Below are positions 19,880-29,160 of a stretch of DNA of 64,000 nt, piece after piece. The DNA lies in the NCBI GenBank assembly GCA_965228895.1, contig OZ245842.1, positions 2,336,001 through 2,400,000 of the forward strand, in the 5' to 3' direction. Source of the DNA: Alphaproteobacteria bacterium (GTDB lineage Bacteria; Pseudomonadota; Alphaproteobacteria; SP197). The notes under the pieces were generated by a model. It saw nothing but the letters and a program-made list of their open reading frames with translations, was not told the DNA's origin and did no database searches. Every line of letters begins with the position of its first letter. The first letter of the stretch is position 1. A program made the translations under genes and the position numbers.

Positions 19880-20749
19880 ATGACAAGCGAACGCGCCCTC
19901 ACCCCGGATCAGATCGTTGCTTATCACCGCGACGGTTATGTGGTGATCCCTGGTTTCCTGGATGCCGACGAGCTCGCGCCGATGCAGCAGGCGATCAAGG
20001 ACGATCCCAGCATTGGCGGACGCCTGACCACGGTCCATGACGGAAGCCAGAAGACCCAGCATGATTATCTGGGCTGGGTGCGCCATGGCGATGACTGGTT
20101 GGGCACCTGCACGCGCCTTGCCCGTATTGTCGACGGCGCGGCGACGCTGATCGGCGAACCGGTCTATCACTTCCACTCGAAACTCGTGAAGAAACCGGCC
20201 GGACGCAGCGGTCGGGTGGTCTGGCACCAAGACTACGGCGGTTGGTACCAGGATGGGTGTTTGATGCCAGACATGCTGACCTGCATCGTCGCGCTGACGC
20301 CGGCGACCGAAGAAAGCGGCTGCCTGCATATGTTGAAAGGCTCGCACAAGATGGGCCGGGTCGATCGCATTCGTGACGATCACGCTTATGCCAACATCAA
20401 TCCCGTACGACTGGCCGGCATGCTCGATCGGTTCGAGGATGTTGCGGTTGAGCTCTCGCCCGGCGACGGCCTCTACTTCCATGGCAATGTCGTGCACAGC
20501 TCGGGCGACAACCGCGCCAGCCACGATCGGCTGCTGTTGGAGTTCTCCTACAACGGTATCAGCAACGCACCGGTGTTCGACAACCAGGACCACCATGCCG
20601 TCAAACCGATGACAATCGCGCCTGACGACGCCCTGCGCAGCGGCGACTTTGCCGGCGTCTTCGGGTCGACACCGTTGAATGATCTCGACGACCCGAACGA
20701 CGAAGGTTACACAATCTACTACCGAGATAGTTTTCCCGACCTGAGTTGA
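19880..20749 (+). CDS. PhyH-family 2OG-Fe(II) dioxygenase (proline 4-hydroxylase-like motif set)
   Basis: HFHSKLVKK, WHQDYG (HxD), FHGNVVHSS..N...R; AAGGAG SD. Confidence 0.85.
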   Translation: MTSERALTPDQIVAYHRDGYVVIPGFLDADELAPMQQAIKDDPSIGGRLTTVHDGSQKTQHDYLGWVRHGDDWLGTCTRLARIVDGAATLIGEPVYHFHSKLVKKPAGRSGRVVWHQDYGGWYQDGCLMPDMLTCIVALTPATEESGCLHMLKGSHKMGRVDRIRDDHAYANINPVRLAGMLDRFEDVAVELSPGDGLYFHGNVVHSSGDNRASHDRLLLEFSYNGISNAPVFDNQDHHAVKPMTIAPDDALRSGDFAGVFGSTPLNDLDDPNDEGYTIYYRDSFPDLS

Positions 20750-20761
20750 CGTGTCGTTCGC

Positions 20762-21598
20762 TTAGTCCCGTTCGGCCGATCGACTGATCAGGAACATGCG
20801 CGCGTCCGTCGAATAGGCCGGCAGCGGTTCGGCGGCGAGTTCGGGATTGTCCGCCATGAACTCGTCGAATGCCTCGTTCTGCCCGATTGCTCCTTTGTTG
20901 AAGCGGGAGCCCCAGTCATCAAAGAACACGACGGCCTGGTCCTTGATCAGCGGCGCACAGAAATCGAGAGCTTCTTTTGACGCCGAATAGATGTCGCAAT
21001 CGACCATGATCAGGCTCGCCTTATCGACGCCCAGCTCTTCCGCCGTCTCGGCCGTCAGTGTATCGCTGAACCAGCCCTTCACCAGGCGCACGTCATCCAT
21101 GGCGACGCCCGCATCGCTCAAGTAGCGTTCCGTCGCCGTGATGGTCGACGCAAAGCGTCCGGGCGTCCAGCCCTGGTCGGCTGCCTCAGCCGGCATGCCT
21201 TCGAATGAATCGAAACCAATCAACATGACACCGGAAAGGCCAGCTTTGCGCAGGGCATGGTACATGCAGGACATCGACGTTCCGCGGCTGACGCCAAACT
21301 CAAGATACTGACCAAAGTCGTGACCGCCGGCCCGCAACCGCTGAATGGCGACGTCGCAACCGTTGGCAAACTGCTCCGCGGAGACCAGCGGCGTCCACCT
21401 AAGCCATCCTCTTGCCTGCAGGCGCCACTTGACACGGCGTACCAAGGACAGCAGTCCGGCTGATTGCAACAGATTGCGTAAGCCCGCGCCAAAGCCGGAT
21501 CGCCGTCGCGGCGCGCTGACAGGCGTCAAATCAATGCTGTCGCCGACATTGGAAATGTCGGGCTCGCTTGGAACAGCTGATTTCGGTCGCGTGGTCAC
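20762..21598 (-). CDS. TylF/MycF-like O-methyltransferase
   Basis: YLEFGVSRG, GFDSFEGMP, LVKGWFSDTL, VDCDIYS, FFDDW. Confidence 0.85.
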   Translation of the reverse strand: MTTRPKSAVPSEPDISNVGDSIDLTPVSAPRRRSGFGAGLRNLLQSAGLLSLVRRVKWRLQARGWLRWTPLVSAEQFANGCDVAIQRLRAGGHDFGQYLEFGVSRGTSMSCMYHALRKAGLSGVMLIGFDSFEGMPAEAADQGWTPGRFASTITATERYLSDAGVAMDDVRLVKGWFSDTLTAETAEELGVDKASLIMVDCDIYSASKEALDFCAPLIKDQAVVFFDDWGSRFNKGAIGQNEAFDEFMADNPELAAEPLPAYSTDARMFLISRSAERD

Positions 21599-21856
21599 GT
21601 CGAATGCCTGTTTCGATGCAGTATGGTAAAGAAATCGTACGGATCACGTCAAATACGGGCACAATACTAACCAGTCGCGACCTTTGCCATGCAGACTATT
21701 ATGGGTGGGTACATGGCCCGTTCGGAGAAGATATCGTTTCTATAGTGATTCAAATGAGCGTGCGTCGATACGCGGCCGCACCGGGCTTTGGCGATACCGC
21801 CGCCTGCGCACAACCGAAGATTCTAACGCCAATCCCCGTGCTTCGGACGCCCGGGC

Positions 21857-22750
21857 CTAGGCGACTTTGACTTTCCCGCCCTGGATCGGCCGGTCGGCGC
21901 CATCGGCGAAAAGATCACTCCCGCCCGAAGACAGCTCCTGGTAGCCCTGGATGATGTCATAGGGGTCCTGGAAGTCCTGGACCCAGCCCAGGAACGGCTT
22001 GTGCAGATTGAAACCCAGAAGGCGCGCCAATCTCTCCGGCATTTGCCGGACCTCGTCGGCGGAAACCGACAGGTACCAATTCTGCTCCTGCCGCAACCAG
22101 CCGAGCGCATAGCCGGCGAACATCGCGATGCGCCATTGGTCCGATGTCACATTGCGGCCGCCGCCGTGATAGGTGCCGCCCAGGAAGACGCAGAACGACC
22201 CCTTCGTCATGACCGCGGGCACCGTCTCGTCATTCTGGGGCACGCGCTCGTCGTCCCAAAGATGGCTGCCGGGAATCAAGCGGGTCGCGCCGTTCGCTTC
22301 CGTGAAGTCCGTCAACGCCCAGAAGGCGGTACAGCAGGCGTTCCGTTCGCTTGGATGGGCGAGCGGATAAAGCAGATCGTCACGGTGCAGCGGCTGAGGC
22401 GTTTCGTCGGGACCGATCGCCGTGATCGAGTTCGAGTTGAGCTGGTAGCTGTCGCACCACGGACCCAGCGTCAGGTCCATGATTTCCAGGACCTTGTTGT
22501 GCACGATGAAATCCGCGATTCCCCCGCTCTTGCCGAACAGGGAGTGAAGGCGCTTGGTGTGAAAACCGACAAAATCGCCCTCACCGCAGGATTTCTGCTG
22601 GAGATAGGGTGCGAGATCGCCCAGCAGCCGATCGATCGGTGCCGCGTCGATGGCGTCAGCGACAATGACACAGCCATCCCGCTTCAGGATCTTGTCCAGG
22701 TCGTCCTGACCGATGGTCGGATCAACGGTTTCGATTCTGGACTCAGCCAT
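21857..22750 (-). CDS. PhyH-family 2OG-Fe(II) dioxygenase
   Basis: QPLHRDD, DFTEANGATRLIPGSH, YHGGGRN, GWLRQEQN; GGAGGAG SD. Confidence 0.88.
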   Translation of the reverse strand: MAESRIETVDPTIGQDDLDKILKRDGCVIVADAIDAAPIDRLLGDLAPYLQQKSCGEGDFVGFHTKRLHSLFGKSGGIADFIVHNKVLEIMDLTLGPWCDSYQLNSNSITAIGPDETPQPLHRDDLLYPLAHPSERNACCTAFWALTDFTEANGATRLIPGSHLWDDERVPQNDETVPAVMTKGSFCVFLGGTYHGGGRNVTSDQWRIAMFAGYALGWLRQEQNWYLSVSADEVRQMPERLARLLGFNLHKPFLGWVQDFQDPYDIIQGYQELSSGGSDLFADGADRPIQGGKVKVA

Positions 22751-22811
22751 CGTAGTCTCCTCCACGACGTCAGATGTCAGATAAGTCTACATGCTAAAGG
22801 AGGGCGGCGCC

Positions 22812-23633
22812 ATGAGCGACGAAACCACCATTAAAAACCGGTTCGTGGTCGAAAAGGACGGTCATATCGCCTGGCTGATCTTCGACCGGCCGGAAAAACT
22901 CAATGCCATGTCGAGCCAGGGATGGCGCGACTTCGGTCATCACCTGCGCGAGCTGATCGAAGACCGCGACATCCGCTGCCTGATCCTGGCCGGCGAAGGC
23001 CGCGGCTTTCTGGCGGGCCACGACGTCGGCGAAATGGTCGAGCATGTCGAGCAGTTCGAGACCGGCGAATACACGCTGGGCGATCTTCATGAGAATCAGA
23101 AGCTGCTGCAGGAGACCACGCGCCTGATCCGCAAGGCGCGTTTTCCCGTCATCGCCGCCGTACAAGGCGTCGCCGTCGGCGCCGGCTGCGAGGTAACGCT
23201 GGCCTGCGATCTCGTAGTCGCGGCCGAAGGTACGCTGTTCGGTTTCCCGGAGGTCAATGTCGGTGTCACCATCACCAATGGCGGCACCTGGCTCTTGCCG
23301 CGCAAGGTCGGCTTGGCGCGGGCGCGCGAGCTTGCCTATACCGGCGACTTCGTCGATGCCGAGGAAGCCTATCGTATCGGCCTCGCCAACCGCGTCGTTC
23401 CCGCGGGCGACCTGCGCGAGGAAGCGGAGAAGCTGGCTCGGCGGATCGCCGGCCGCGCGCCGCTGCCCGTCCAACTGCACAAGACGATGATTGATCGCGG
23501 CCAGGAGACTTCGCTCGAGACCATGTTGAACTTCGAGACGGAGTCACTGGTCGTTACCGCCCGGACCAACGATCACGGCGAAGGCGCCCGTGCCTTTTTC
23601 GAGAAGCGGGAGCCGGAGTTTACCGGCACATAG
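22812..23633 (+). CDS. Enoyl-CoA hydratase/isomerase family protein
   Basis: RPEKLNA, FLAGHD, AVGAGCE, FPEVNVG. Confidence 0.9.
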   Translation: MSDETTIKNRFVVEKDGHIAWLIFDRPEKLNAMSSQGWRDFGHHLRELIEDRDIRCLILAGEGRGFLAGHDVGEMVEHVEQFETGEYTLGDLHENQKLLQETTRLIRKARFPVIAAVQGVAVGAGCEVTLACDLVVAAEGTLFGFPEVNVGVTITNGGTWLLPRKVGLARARELAYTGDFVDAEEAYRIGLANRVVPAGDLREEAEKLARRIAGRAPLPVQLHKTMIDRGQETSLETMLNFETESLVVTARTNDHGEGARAFFEKREPEFTGT

Positions 23634-23637
23634 TGCG

Positions 23638-24351
23638 TTAGACGGCGTGGCCCGCGATGGCACGATGCAGCGCTGCGCGGGCCAACAAGCGAGTCGAATC
23701 GAGTGGTCGTATCGGCGCGTTGGTCTCGTCGACCACAAGTGGGATCTCCGTGCAGCCCAGTATGACGGCATCGCAGCCTTCGCGCCCGAGCCGCTCGATG
23801 ACGTGTACGATGTAGTCGGTTGATTCCGCCTTGGTAAAACCACGCACCAGTTCGTCCATGATGATGCGGTCGATCTCGGCCCGCTCGTCGCGATCGGGGA
23901 TCATGTACCGCAATCCACGGCTGGCGAGTTTCTCGGGATAGACGCCGCTCTCGACCAGCCAGCGTGTTCCCGTTAACGCGAGACAGCGGCAGCCTCGTTC
24001 GACAGCCACTTCGGCAACGACATCGGCGATGTGCAGCCACGGCAGCGGTGACCGTTGTTCGACACGGTCAAAGGCCTGGTGAATGGTGTTGTCGGGGCAA
24101 ATCAGGAAGTCGGCGCCGGCGGCCGCCAACTTGTCGGCCGAAGCCAACATCAGGTCGGCGATACCCTGCATATCTCCGCGCTCCAGGCAGTCGGTATAGG
24201 CCTGAAGCGAAGGGGTATGCATGGTGACTTCCGGATGCGCGTGGCCGTCCAGAAACGACGGCCCTTCGGTGCAGATTGTCCGATAACACAAGGACGCACC
24301 TTCGGCCGAACAGGCGGCAATACCAATGTGCTGTGGGGTTAGCCCCGCCAC
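23638..24351 (-). CDS. Aspartate/glutamate racemase family protein
   Basis: ICPDNTIH, ILGCTEIP, LDSTRLLA. Confidence 0.85.
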   Translation of the reverse strand: MAGLTPQHIGIAACSAEGASLCYRTICTEGPSFLDGHAHPEVTMHTPSLQAYTDCLERGDMQGIADLMLASADKLAAAGADFLICPDNTIHQAFDRVEQRSPLPWLHIADVVAEVAVERGCRCLALTGTRWLVESGVYPEKLASRGLRYMIPDRDERAEIDRIIMDELVRGFTKAESTDYIVHVIERLGREGCDAVILGCTEIPLVVDETNAPIRPLDSTRLLARAALHRAIAGHAV

Positions 24352-24366
24352 GTCAGGCGACGCTTC

Positions 24367-25326
24367 TCAATCGCCAGCCCGCTCACTCGGCGTGGCTTCT
24401 TCGCGCAGCGACGCATTTAACAGGCGGATGTGTTCGACGCCGATACCGCAACAGCCGCCGATAGCCGTCGCGCCCTGGGCAATCCAGCCCGCCGCCTGCT
24501 CGACCAGGTCGGCCGGCGGAATGATGTCCTTGAACTGCCATTGCGGCATTTCGAAATAGCCGGAGTCCGGATAAGCCATCATCGGGCCGGACCAGTGTTT
24601 ACGAAGGATGTCGAGCGCCGGTCCGATCACGTGGACATTGGTGTGCATCGGCCCCATGACCGCGCCGCCGCCGGCCTGGATAGCCGCATCGACGACTTCG
24701 TCGAACGGATAGTTTTCCCAGGCGAAGGAGACGATCCGGCCGTCATCCTCCTGGCGTGCGCTCATGCCGACCCAGACGGGCAGACCGGTCTCGTGGGCGG
24801 CCTCGATCAGGGGTTTCATCTGCGACGGACGCGACATCATCTCCATGATGATGAGGTCGGCGCCGGCATCCTTGATGACGCCGGCGAGTTCGCGGGCGTT
24901 GGCCTGCAGTTGTTCGCTCGACGGCAAGGCATCTGGATCGTTACGCGCCTCACCGGGCACCATCGGCATCATGTGGGACATGGAGGCGGCCACAACGACC
25001 TCGCGGTCGCCGGCGGCCCGGTCGCGCGCTTCGCGGGCGATCTCGACGGCGCGCCGGTTGAGCGGCTCGACCTTGTCGCCCATGCCGGCCGGCCCCAGCA
25101 TGTTGCGGGAACTTGCATAGGTGTTGGCCGTGATCACGTCAGCGCCGGCGGCGATGTAATCCTCGTGGACCTGGCGCACGGCATCGGGGTCGACTTCGGT
25201 CGCCAACGCGCACCAGGCATCGCTGTTCATCGGGACGTCGCGGCGTTCAAGCTCGGTGCCGGTACCGCCGTCCAGAATGGCGATCCCGCCAGCCGCCAAT
25301 CGTGCGTGAAGGGTGCTTAGGTCCAT
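24367..25326 (-). CDS. Homocysteine S-methyltransferase family protein
   Basis: LDGGTGTEL, HEDYIAAGADVITANTY, AYPDSG, GGCCG. Confidence 0.9.
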   Translation of the reverse strand: MDLSTLHARLAAGGIAILDGGTGTELERRDVPMNSDAWCALATEVDPDAVRQVHEDYIAAGADVITANTYASSRNMLGPAGMGDKVEPLNRRAVEIAREARDRAAGDREVVVAASMSHMMPMVPGEARNDPDALPSSEQLQANARELAGVIKDAGADLIIMEMMSRPSQMKPLIEAAHETGLPVWVGMSARQEDDGRIVSFAWENYPFDEVVDAAIQAGGGAVMGPMHTNVHVIGPALDILRKHWSGPMMAYPDSGYFEMPQWQFKDIIPPADLVEQAAGWIAQGATAIGGCCGIGVEHIRLLNASLREEATPSERAGD

Positions 25327-25353
25327 CGCCGCCTCCCCCGATGCGGAAAAGAT

Positions 25354-25652
25354 TGGTGCGCCCGCTAGGACTCGAACCTAGGACCCACTGATTACTCCAC
25401 CACCACGGCTTTCGCCGCCCCTTTCGGGTTTGTGGCCCGGACTATACCTTCGCCCTATCCCCGAGGGAACGTAGGCGGGTGCCGTCTAGTCTCTACACCT
25501 TCCCCAGGACATGCTCCCTGGGGCTTGGCTCGGGATTGCCACTGGCCAAAGGCCGCTGAGGGTTCCCCGAATTTGACACCTTGTCACCCGACGGTTTCCC
25601 GCCGGGGCTCCCAATCGAAAGTCAGTTGCTCTACCACCTGAGCTACGGGCGC
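25354..25652 (-). tRNA. tRNA-Lys(UUU), intron-containing; 5' exon 25652-25618 (35 nt), 3' exon 25394-25354 (41 nt)
   Basis: Joined exons give a 76-nt cloverleaf: acceptor GCGCCCG/CGGGCGC-ACCA, D arm GCTC...GAGC, anticodon arm ACTGA-CTTT|TAA-TCAGT, T arm CTAGG-TTCGAGT-CCTAG, encoded CCA. Confidence 0.95.
25395..25617 (-). ncRNA. Group I self-splicing intron (IC3, Azoarcus-like), 223 nt, no ORF
   Basis: Minus strand: P AAATTCGGGGAA, Q AATCCCGAGC, R GTGTAGAGACTAGA, S AAGGTATAGTCC; P3 GGTGTC/GGCACC; P7 GACTA/TAGTC; GAAA-capped P2 and P9; 5' exon ends in U, intron ends in G. Confidence 0.95.
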
Positions 25653-25702
25653 TACCGGGACGGGGTTTTAGCTGATTACACCGGTAATGCAATACGTCAA
25701 CG

Positions 25703-26458
25703 TCAGCCGCCGAAGACCTGCTGCAACAGCTCCGTCGAGCGCGCGACGGGATCGGTCCTGATCGCCGCTTCCTGTTCGGCCAGATAATGAAAGATGCCGT
25801 CTAACGTTCCATCAAGCGCATAGTCAGTCAGGTCCGCCTGAACATCCGGCACAAAGGGGATGCTGTCGTATTCGCCCATCATGGCGTCATAGGACTGGAT
25901 GGCGCCGACCTCGCTCAAGCTGCTGTCGACGATCGGGCGCATGCGTGTCTTCAGATCCTCGCTGGTCGTGCGCCGGAAATACTGAGTCGCCGCATCGTCG
26001 GGGCCGTTCAGGATGCCGCGCGCGTCATCCAGCGTCATCTGGTCGATGGCGCCGAAGAACACATCAATCGCCTCGCCCGATGCCTCTTCGGCGGCGCGGT
26101 TGATCCGGAGCTCCAGGTCATCGGCCATGTCCGACATGCCGACGGCCTTGAGCGCGTCTTGCACCGTACCCAGTGTTTCCGGCAGCGGGATATGAATCGA
26201 CGGGTCGGCGTTGAAGCCGTCGGCGACGCTGACCTGATCGACCGTGCGTTCGCTGGCGAGACGCAAGGCCTCACGCAAACCGGAATCAATTTCGCTGTTG
26301 CTGAGCCCGGCACCCAGATTGCCACCGCCATCGCTGGACCCGCTGCTGCCGAGATCGCCCAGCGAATCGGTAATCCCGTCAAGCAGACCATCGGCGCGTA
26401 CTGCGGCGGGCAGCGTCAAGCCGGCCACCACGCCAAAAACAAAGCTACGACGTCTCAT
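25703..26458 (-). CDS. DUF4197 family exported protein
   Basis: MRRRSFV N-terminus, GLREAL, IHIPLP, NRAAEEA, AATQYFR, IRTDPVARSTELLQQVFG. Confidence 0.85.
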   Translation of the reverse strand: MRRRSFVFGVVAGLTLPAAVRADGLLDGITDSLGDLGSSGSSDGGGNLGAGLSNSEIDSGLREALRLASERTVDQVSVADGFNADPSIHIPLPETLGTVQDALKAVGMSDMADDLELRINRAAEEASGEAIDVFFGAIDQMTLDDARGILNGPDDAATQYFRRTTSEDLKTRMRPIVDSSLSEVGAIQSYDAMMGEYDSIPFVPDVQADLTDYALDGTLDGIFHYLAEQEAAIRTDPVARSTELLQQVFGG

Positions 26459-26517
26459 CGTTTCTCCCCCCAATAGTTTGCGCTCTCACGTGATACGGGC
26501 CAGCAGGCCCGGATGGA

Positions 26518-27267
26518 TCATGCGGCCTCGGTCAGAATGATCGGGCCCCGCTTGGTTGCAACCAGCGTGTGTTCGTACTGTACCGAGCGATACTGCGGCG
26601 CGGTGACCAATGTCCATCCGTCTTCGGTGTCATCTGCCCAGGTCGCGCCGGTCGATAGAAAGGGTTCGATCGTGAACACCATGCCTTCTGTGATGACCCG
26701 CTTGTCATGGCGGTCGCGCCATGTCGGGATAACGGTGGGGTCCTCGTGAAGGCTTCTGCCGACGCCGTGGCTCGCAAGATTGCGGATCAGCGAATAACCC
26801 TTCTTGTCGGCGAATGTCTCAATGCGCGCGCCGATACGGTTCAGTCGGCGGCCCGAACGCACCTCGTGGATGCCCTGCCACATAGCGCGGCGACCGTCGC
26901 GGCACAACTGCGCGATGTCCGACTCCACCGGCGGCACCGGAAAGCTGCCGCCGGTATCGGCGAAGTAGCCGGCTTTCTCGGCAGAGACGTCGATGTTGAC
27001 GAGATCGCCCGGCCGGATCACGCGCTCGCCCGGAATGCCATGGGCGACCTGTTCGTTGATGCTGATGCAGGTTGCGCCGGGAAAGTCGTAGCACAACTCC
27101 GGCGCCGACTGAGCACCATCCGCTTCGAGCAAGCGTCGGCCGAGATCGTCGAGCTCCTGCGTCGTCATGCCAGGCTCGATCGCCGCGGCCATGGCTTTTA
27201 GGACGCGTGCGACAATCGCGCCAATCTCCTTCAGTGCTTCTAGGTCGTACTGGTTGGCTATGGTCAT
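26518..27267 (-). CDS. map: Type I methionine aminopeptidase
   Basis: CISINEQVAHGIP, NIDVS, DTG, HGVGRSLHE, FTIEPF, QYEHT. Confidence 0.93.
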   Translation of the reverse strand: MTIANQYDLEALKEIGAIVARVLKAMAAAIEPGMTTQELDDLGRRLLEADGAQSAPELCYDFPGATCISINEQVAHGIPGERVIRPGDLVNIDVSAEKAGYFADTGGSFPVPPVESDIAQLCRDGRRAMWQGIHEVRSGRRLNRIGARIETFADKKGYSLIRNLASHGVGRSLHEDPTVIPTWRDRHDKRVITEGMVFTIEPFLSTGATWADDTEDGWTLVTAPQYRSVQYEHTLVATKRGPIILTEAA

Positions 27268-27306
27268 GTATGTCCATATGGCCTTTCGAATGATCGTCGG
27301 CCAACA

Positions 27307-28470
27307 CTATAGCGGCATTATGTCACCGCTTTCATAGCTGGCCAGGAACCCATCGGCCCACGTATCCAAGCTGCTATCGGTAATGGCGTCACGCAAGGTC
27401 GCCATGAGCGTTTGATAGAACGTGATGTTGTGGGCCGTCAGCAACATGGGACCCAGCATCTCCTGGCAGCGGAACAGATGATGCAGGTAGCCCCGGCTGT
27501 GCCGTGTGCAGGCGACACAGCCGCAGGTCTCGTCCAGCGGGCGCGTGTCGTCCTGGTGGCGCGCGTTGCGGATGTTGACGGTGCCGCGTGCGGTAAAGGC
27601 CTGGCCGGTGCGACCGGACCGGGTCGGCAACACGCAATCGAACATGTCGATGCCGCGTTTCACCGCACCGATGATGTCGTCGGGCCGGCCGACCCCCATC
27701 AGATAGCGCGGTTGGTCCGCCGGCAGATGCGGCACGGTCATGTCGAGCACATCGAACATGGACTGCTGGCCCTCGCCAACCGCAAGGCCGCCGATCGCGT
27801 AACCGTCGAAGCCGATCGCCGTCAGGGCATCGGCCGAGGCGCGGCGCAGGTCTTCGAACGTGCTGCCCTGAACGATACCGAACAGGCCGTAGCCCGGCCG
27901 CTCCACAAAGGCCTCGCGGCAGCGTTCCGCCCACCGCATGGAACGCTCCATCGACTCGCGGGCGATATCGTGGCTGACCGGCCAGGCCGTGCACTCGTCC
28001 AGAACCATGGTGATGGTCGCGTCCAGGTCGTTTTGGATCGCCATGGCGCGTTCGGACGTCAGTTCATGACGACTGCCGTCGACATGGCTCTTGAACGCGA
28101 CGCCCGCTTCGGTGATTTCGCGCCGTTCGGCCAGCGAGAATACCTGATAGCCACCGGAATCGGTCAGAATCGGTCCCGGCCAGTCCATGAACCGGTGCAG
28201 TCCGCCAAGGGCAGCCACCCGTTCCGAACCCGGCCGCAGCATGAGGTGATAGGTGTTGGCGAGAACAATATCGGCACCGGCAGCGCGCACCTGGTCGGCC
28301 TGCATGCCCTTGACCGTCGCCGCCGTACCGACCGGCATGAAGGCCGGTGTGCGTACAGGGCCATGGGCGGTCGCCAACGTGCCCGTACGGGCGGTGCCGT
28401 CCGTGGCGCTGATCGTCAGCGCCATGGCCGCCGGCGCGTCGCTGGCTAAAACGGGTTCGCTGTTGGTCAT
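27307..28470 (-). CDS. tgt: tRNA-guanine transglycosylase
   Basis: [39 protein letters not shown] zinc site. Confidence 0.96.
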   Translation of the reverse strand: MTNSEPVLASDAPAAMALTISATDGTARTGTLATAHGPVRTPAFMPVGTAATVKGMQADQVRAAGADIVLANTYHLMLRPGSERVAALGGLHRFMDWPGPILTDSGGYQVFSLAERREITEAGVAFKSHVDGSRHELTSERAMAIQNDLDATITMVLDECTAWPVSHDIARESMERSMRWAERCREAFVERPGYGLFGIVQGSTFEDLRRASADALTAIGFDGYAIGGLAVGEGQQSMFDVLDMTVPHLPADQPRYLMGVGRPDDIIGAVKRGIDMFDCVLPTRSGRTGQAFTARGTVNIRNARHQDDTRPLDETCGCVACTRHSRGYLHHLFRCQEMLGPMLLTAHNITFYQTLMATLRDAITDSSLDTWADGFLASYESGDIMPL

Positions 28471-29051
28471 GTTGCCAGCGTTTCGACAAGCGATTCCGCC
28501 GCCGCCCTTGCCGCGCGACGGTACGTGTCCGGAAGATTGAGCTGGGCCAGCGATTCGTGGTTGTAGTAGATGCCGACCACGCCATAGGCCACGGACCAGC
28601 AGCGGCTCTTATCGGCCGACGGGAAGTGACGACATAGGATATCGGCGACGGCCTGAATGAAGTCATCGAACCATGCCTTGACGAGCGTTCGAAGGTGATC
28701 GTCGCGCGCGGCAGCAGCGATCATGGCCTCGACAACTTGGACATCTTCCGCATAGTCCTCGCCATCATCCCAAAACAGGTAATCCAGCAGGGCATGTGCA
28801 GGCCGGTTGTCCGGCATGCTTGCAACCATTGTGGCCACATCGGCGCGGTACTTGCCGAGCGATCGCTCCGCGAGAGCCAGAACAAGATCGTCGCGATTGC
28901 CGATGTAGTGGCGCAGGATCGAGCGCTTGACGCCCGCCTCGTCGGCAACGTTTTCCAGTGACGTCGCATCCAGTCCCTGGCGCGCCACGCAACGCGCGAA
29001 AGCATCCAGGATAAGCGCCGTCCGCTCTTCCGTCAGATCAGGTCGGGGCAT
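28467..29051 (-). CDS. TetR-family transcriptional regulator
   Basis: N-terminal HTH ([20 protein letters not shown]); divergent from the 29161 gene. Confidence 0.88.
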   Translation of the reverse strand: MPRPDLTEERTALILDAFARCVARQGLDATSLENVADEAGVKRSILRHYIGNRDDLVLALAERSLGKYRADVATMVASMPDNRPAHALLDYLFWDDGEDYAEDVQVVEAMIAAAARDDHLRTLVKAWFDDFIQAVADILCRHFPSADKSRCWSVAYGVVGIYYNHESLAQLNLPDTYRRAARAAAESLVETLAT

Positions 29052-29096
29052 GCGGCTCCCAATATCACAATCGTGTGTCCGGTACAGTCCAACTTA

Positions 29097-29116
29097 GTTT
29101 GTCACAATTGACAAAC
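29097..29116. promoter_or_regulatory. Candidate TetR operator
   Basis: Perfect 8-bp inverted repeat GTTTGTCA-CAAT-TGACAAAC in the 110-bp divergent gap; contains TTGACA. Confidence 0.65.
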
Positions 29117-29160
29117 AAGCTGCTGCCTTTCATGTTTGTCGCTGGCGCCAATCTACCGAG

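Noticed and set aside
1-25354. Left catabolic region as an island integrated at the tRNA-Lys 3' end
   Set aside because: No integrase, no duplicated tRNA 3' end noticed in the window, and composition resembles the backbone; cannot be excluded beyond the window edge
25605-25630. Reading the unspliced 5' half as tRNA-Glu (loop CTTTCGA, anticodon TTC)
   Set aside because: CGATTGG is the intron start that forms P1/P10; only the CTTT|TAA junction gives a 76-nt tRNA with a perfect ACTGA/TCAGT stem
25432-25787. Short ORFs over the intron/tRNA as a possible homing endonuclease
   Set aside because: Under 70 aa, no LAGLIDADG, GIY-YIG, HNH or PD-(D/E)xK motif, and they overlap structured RNA
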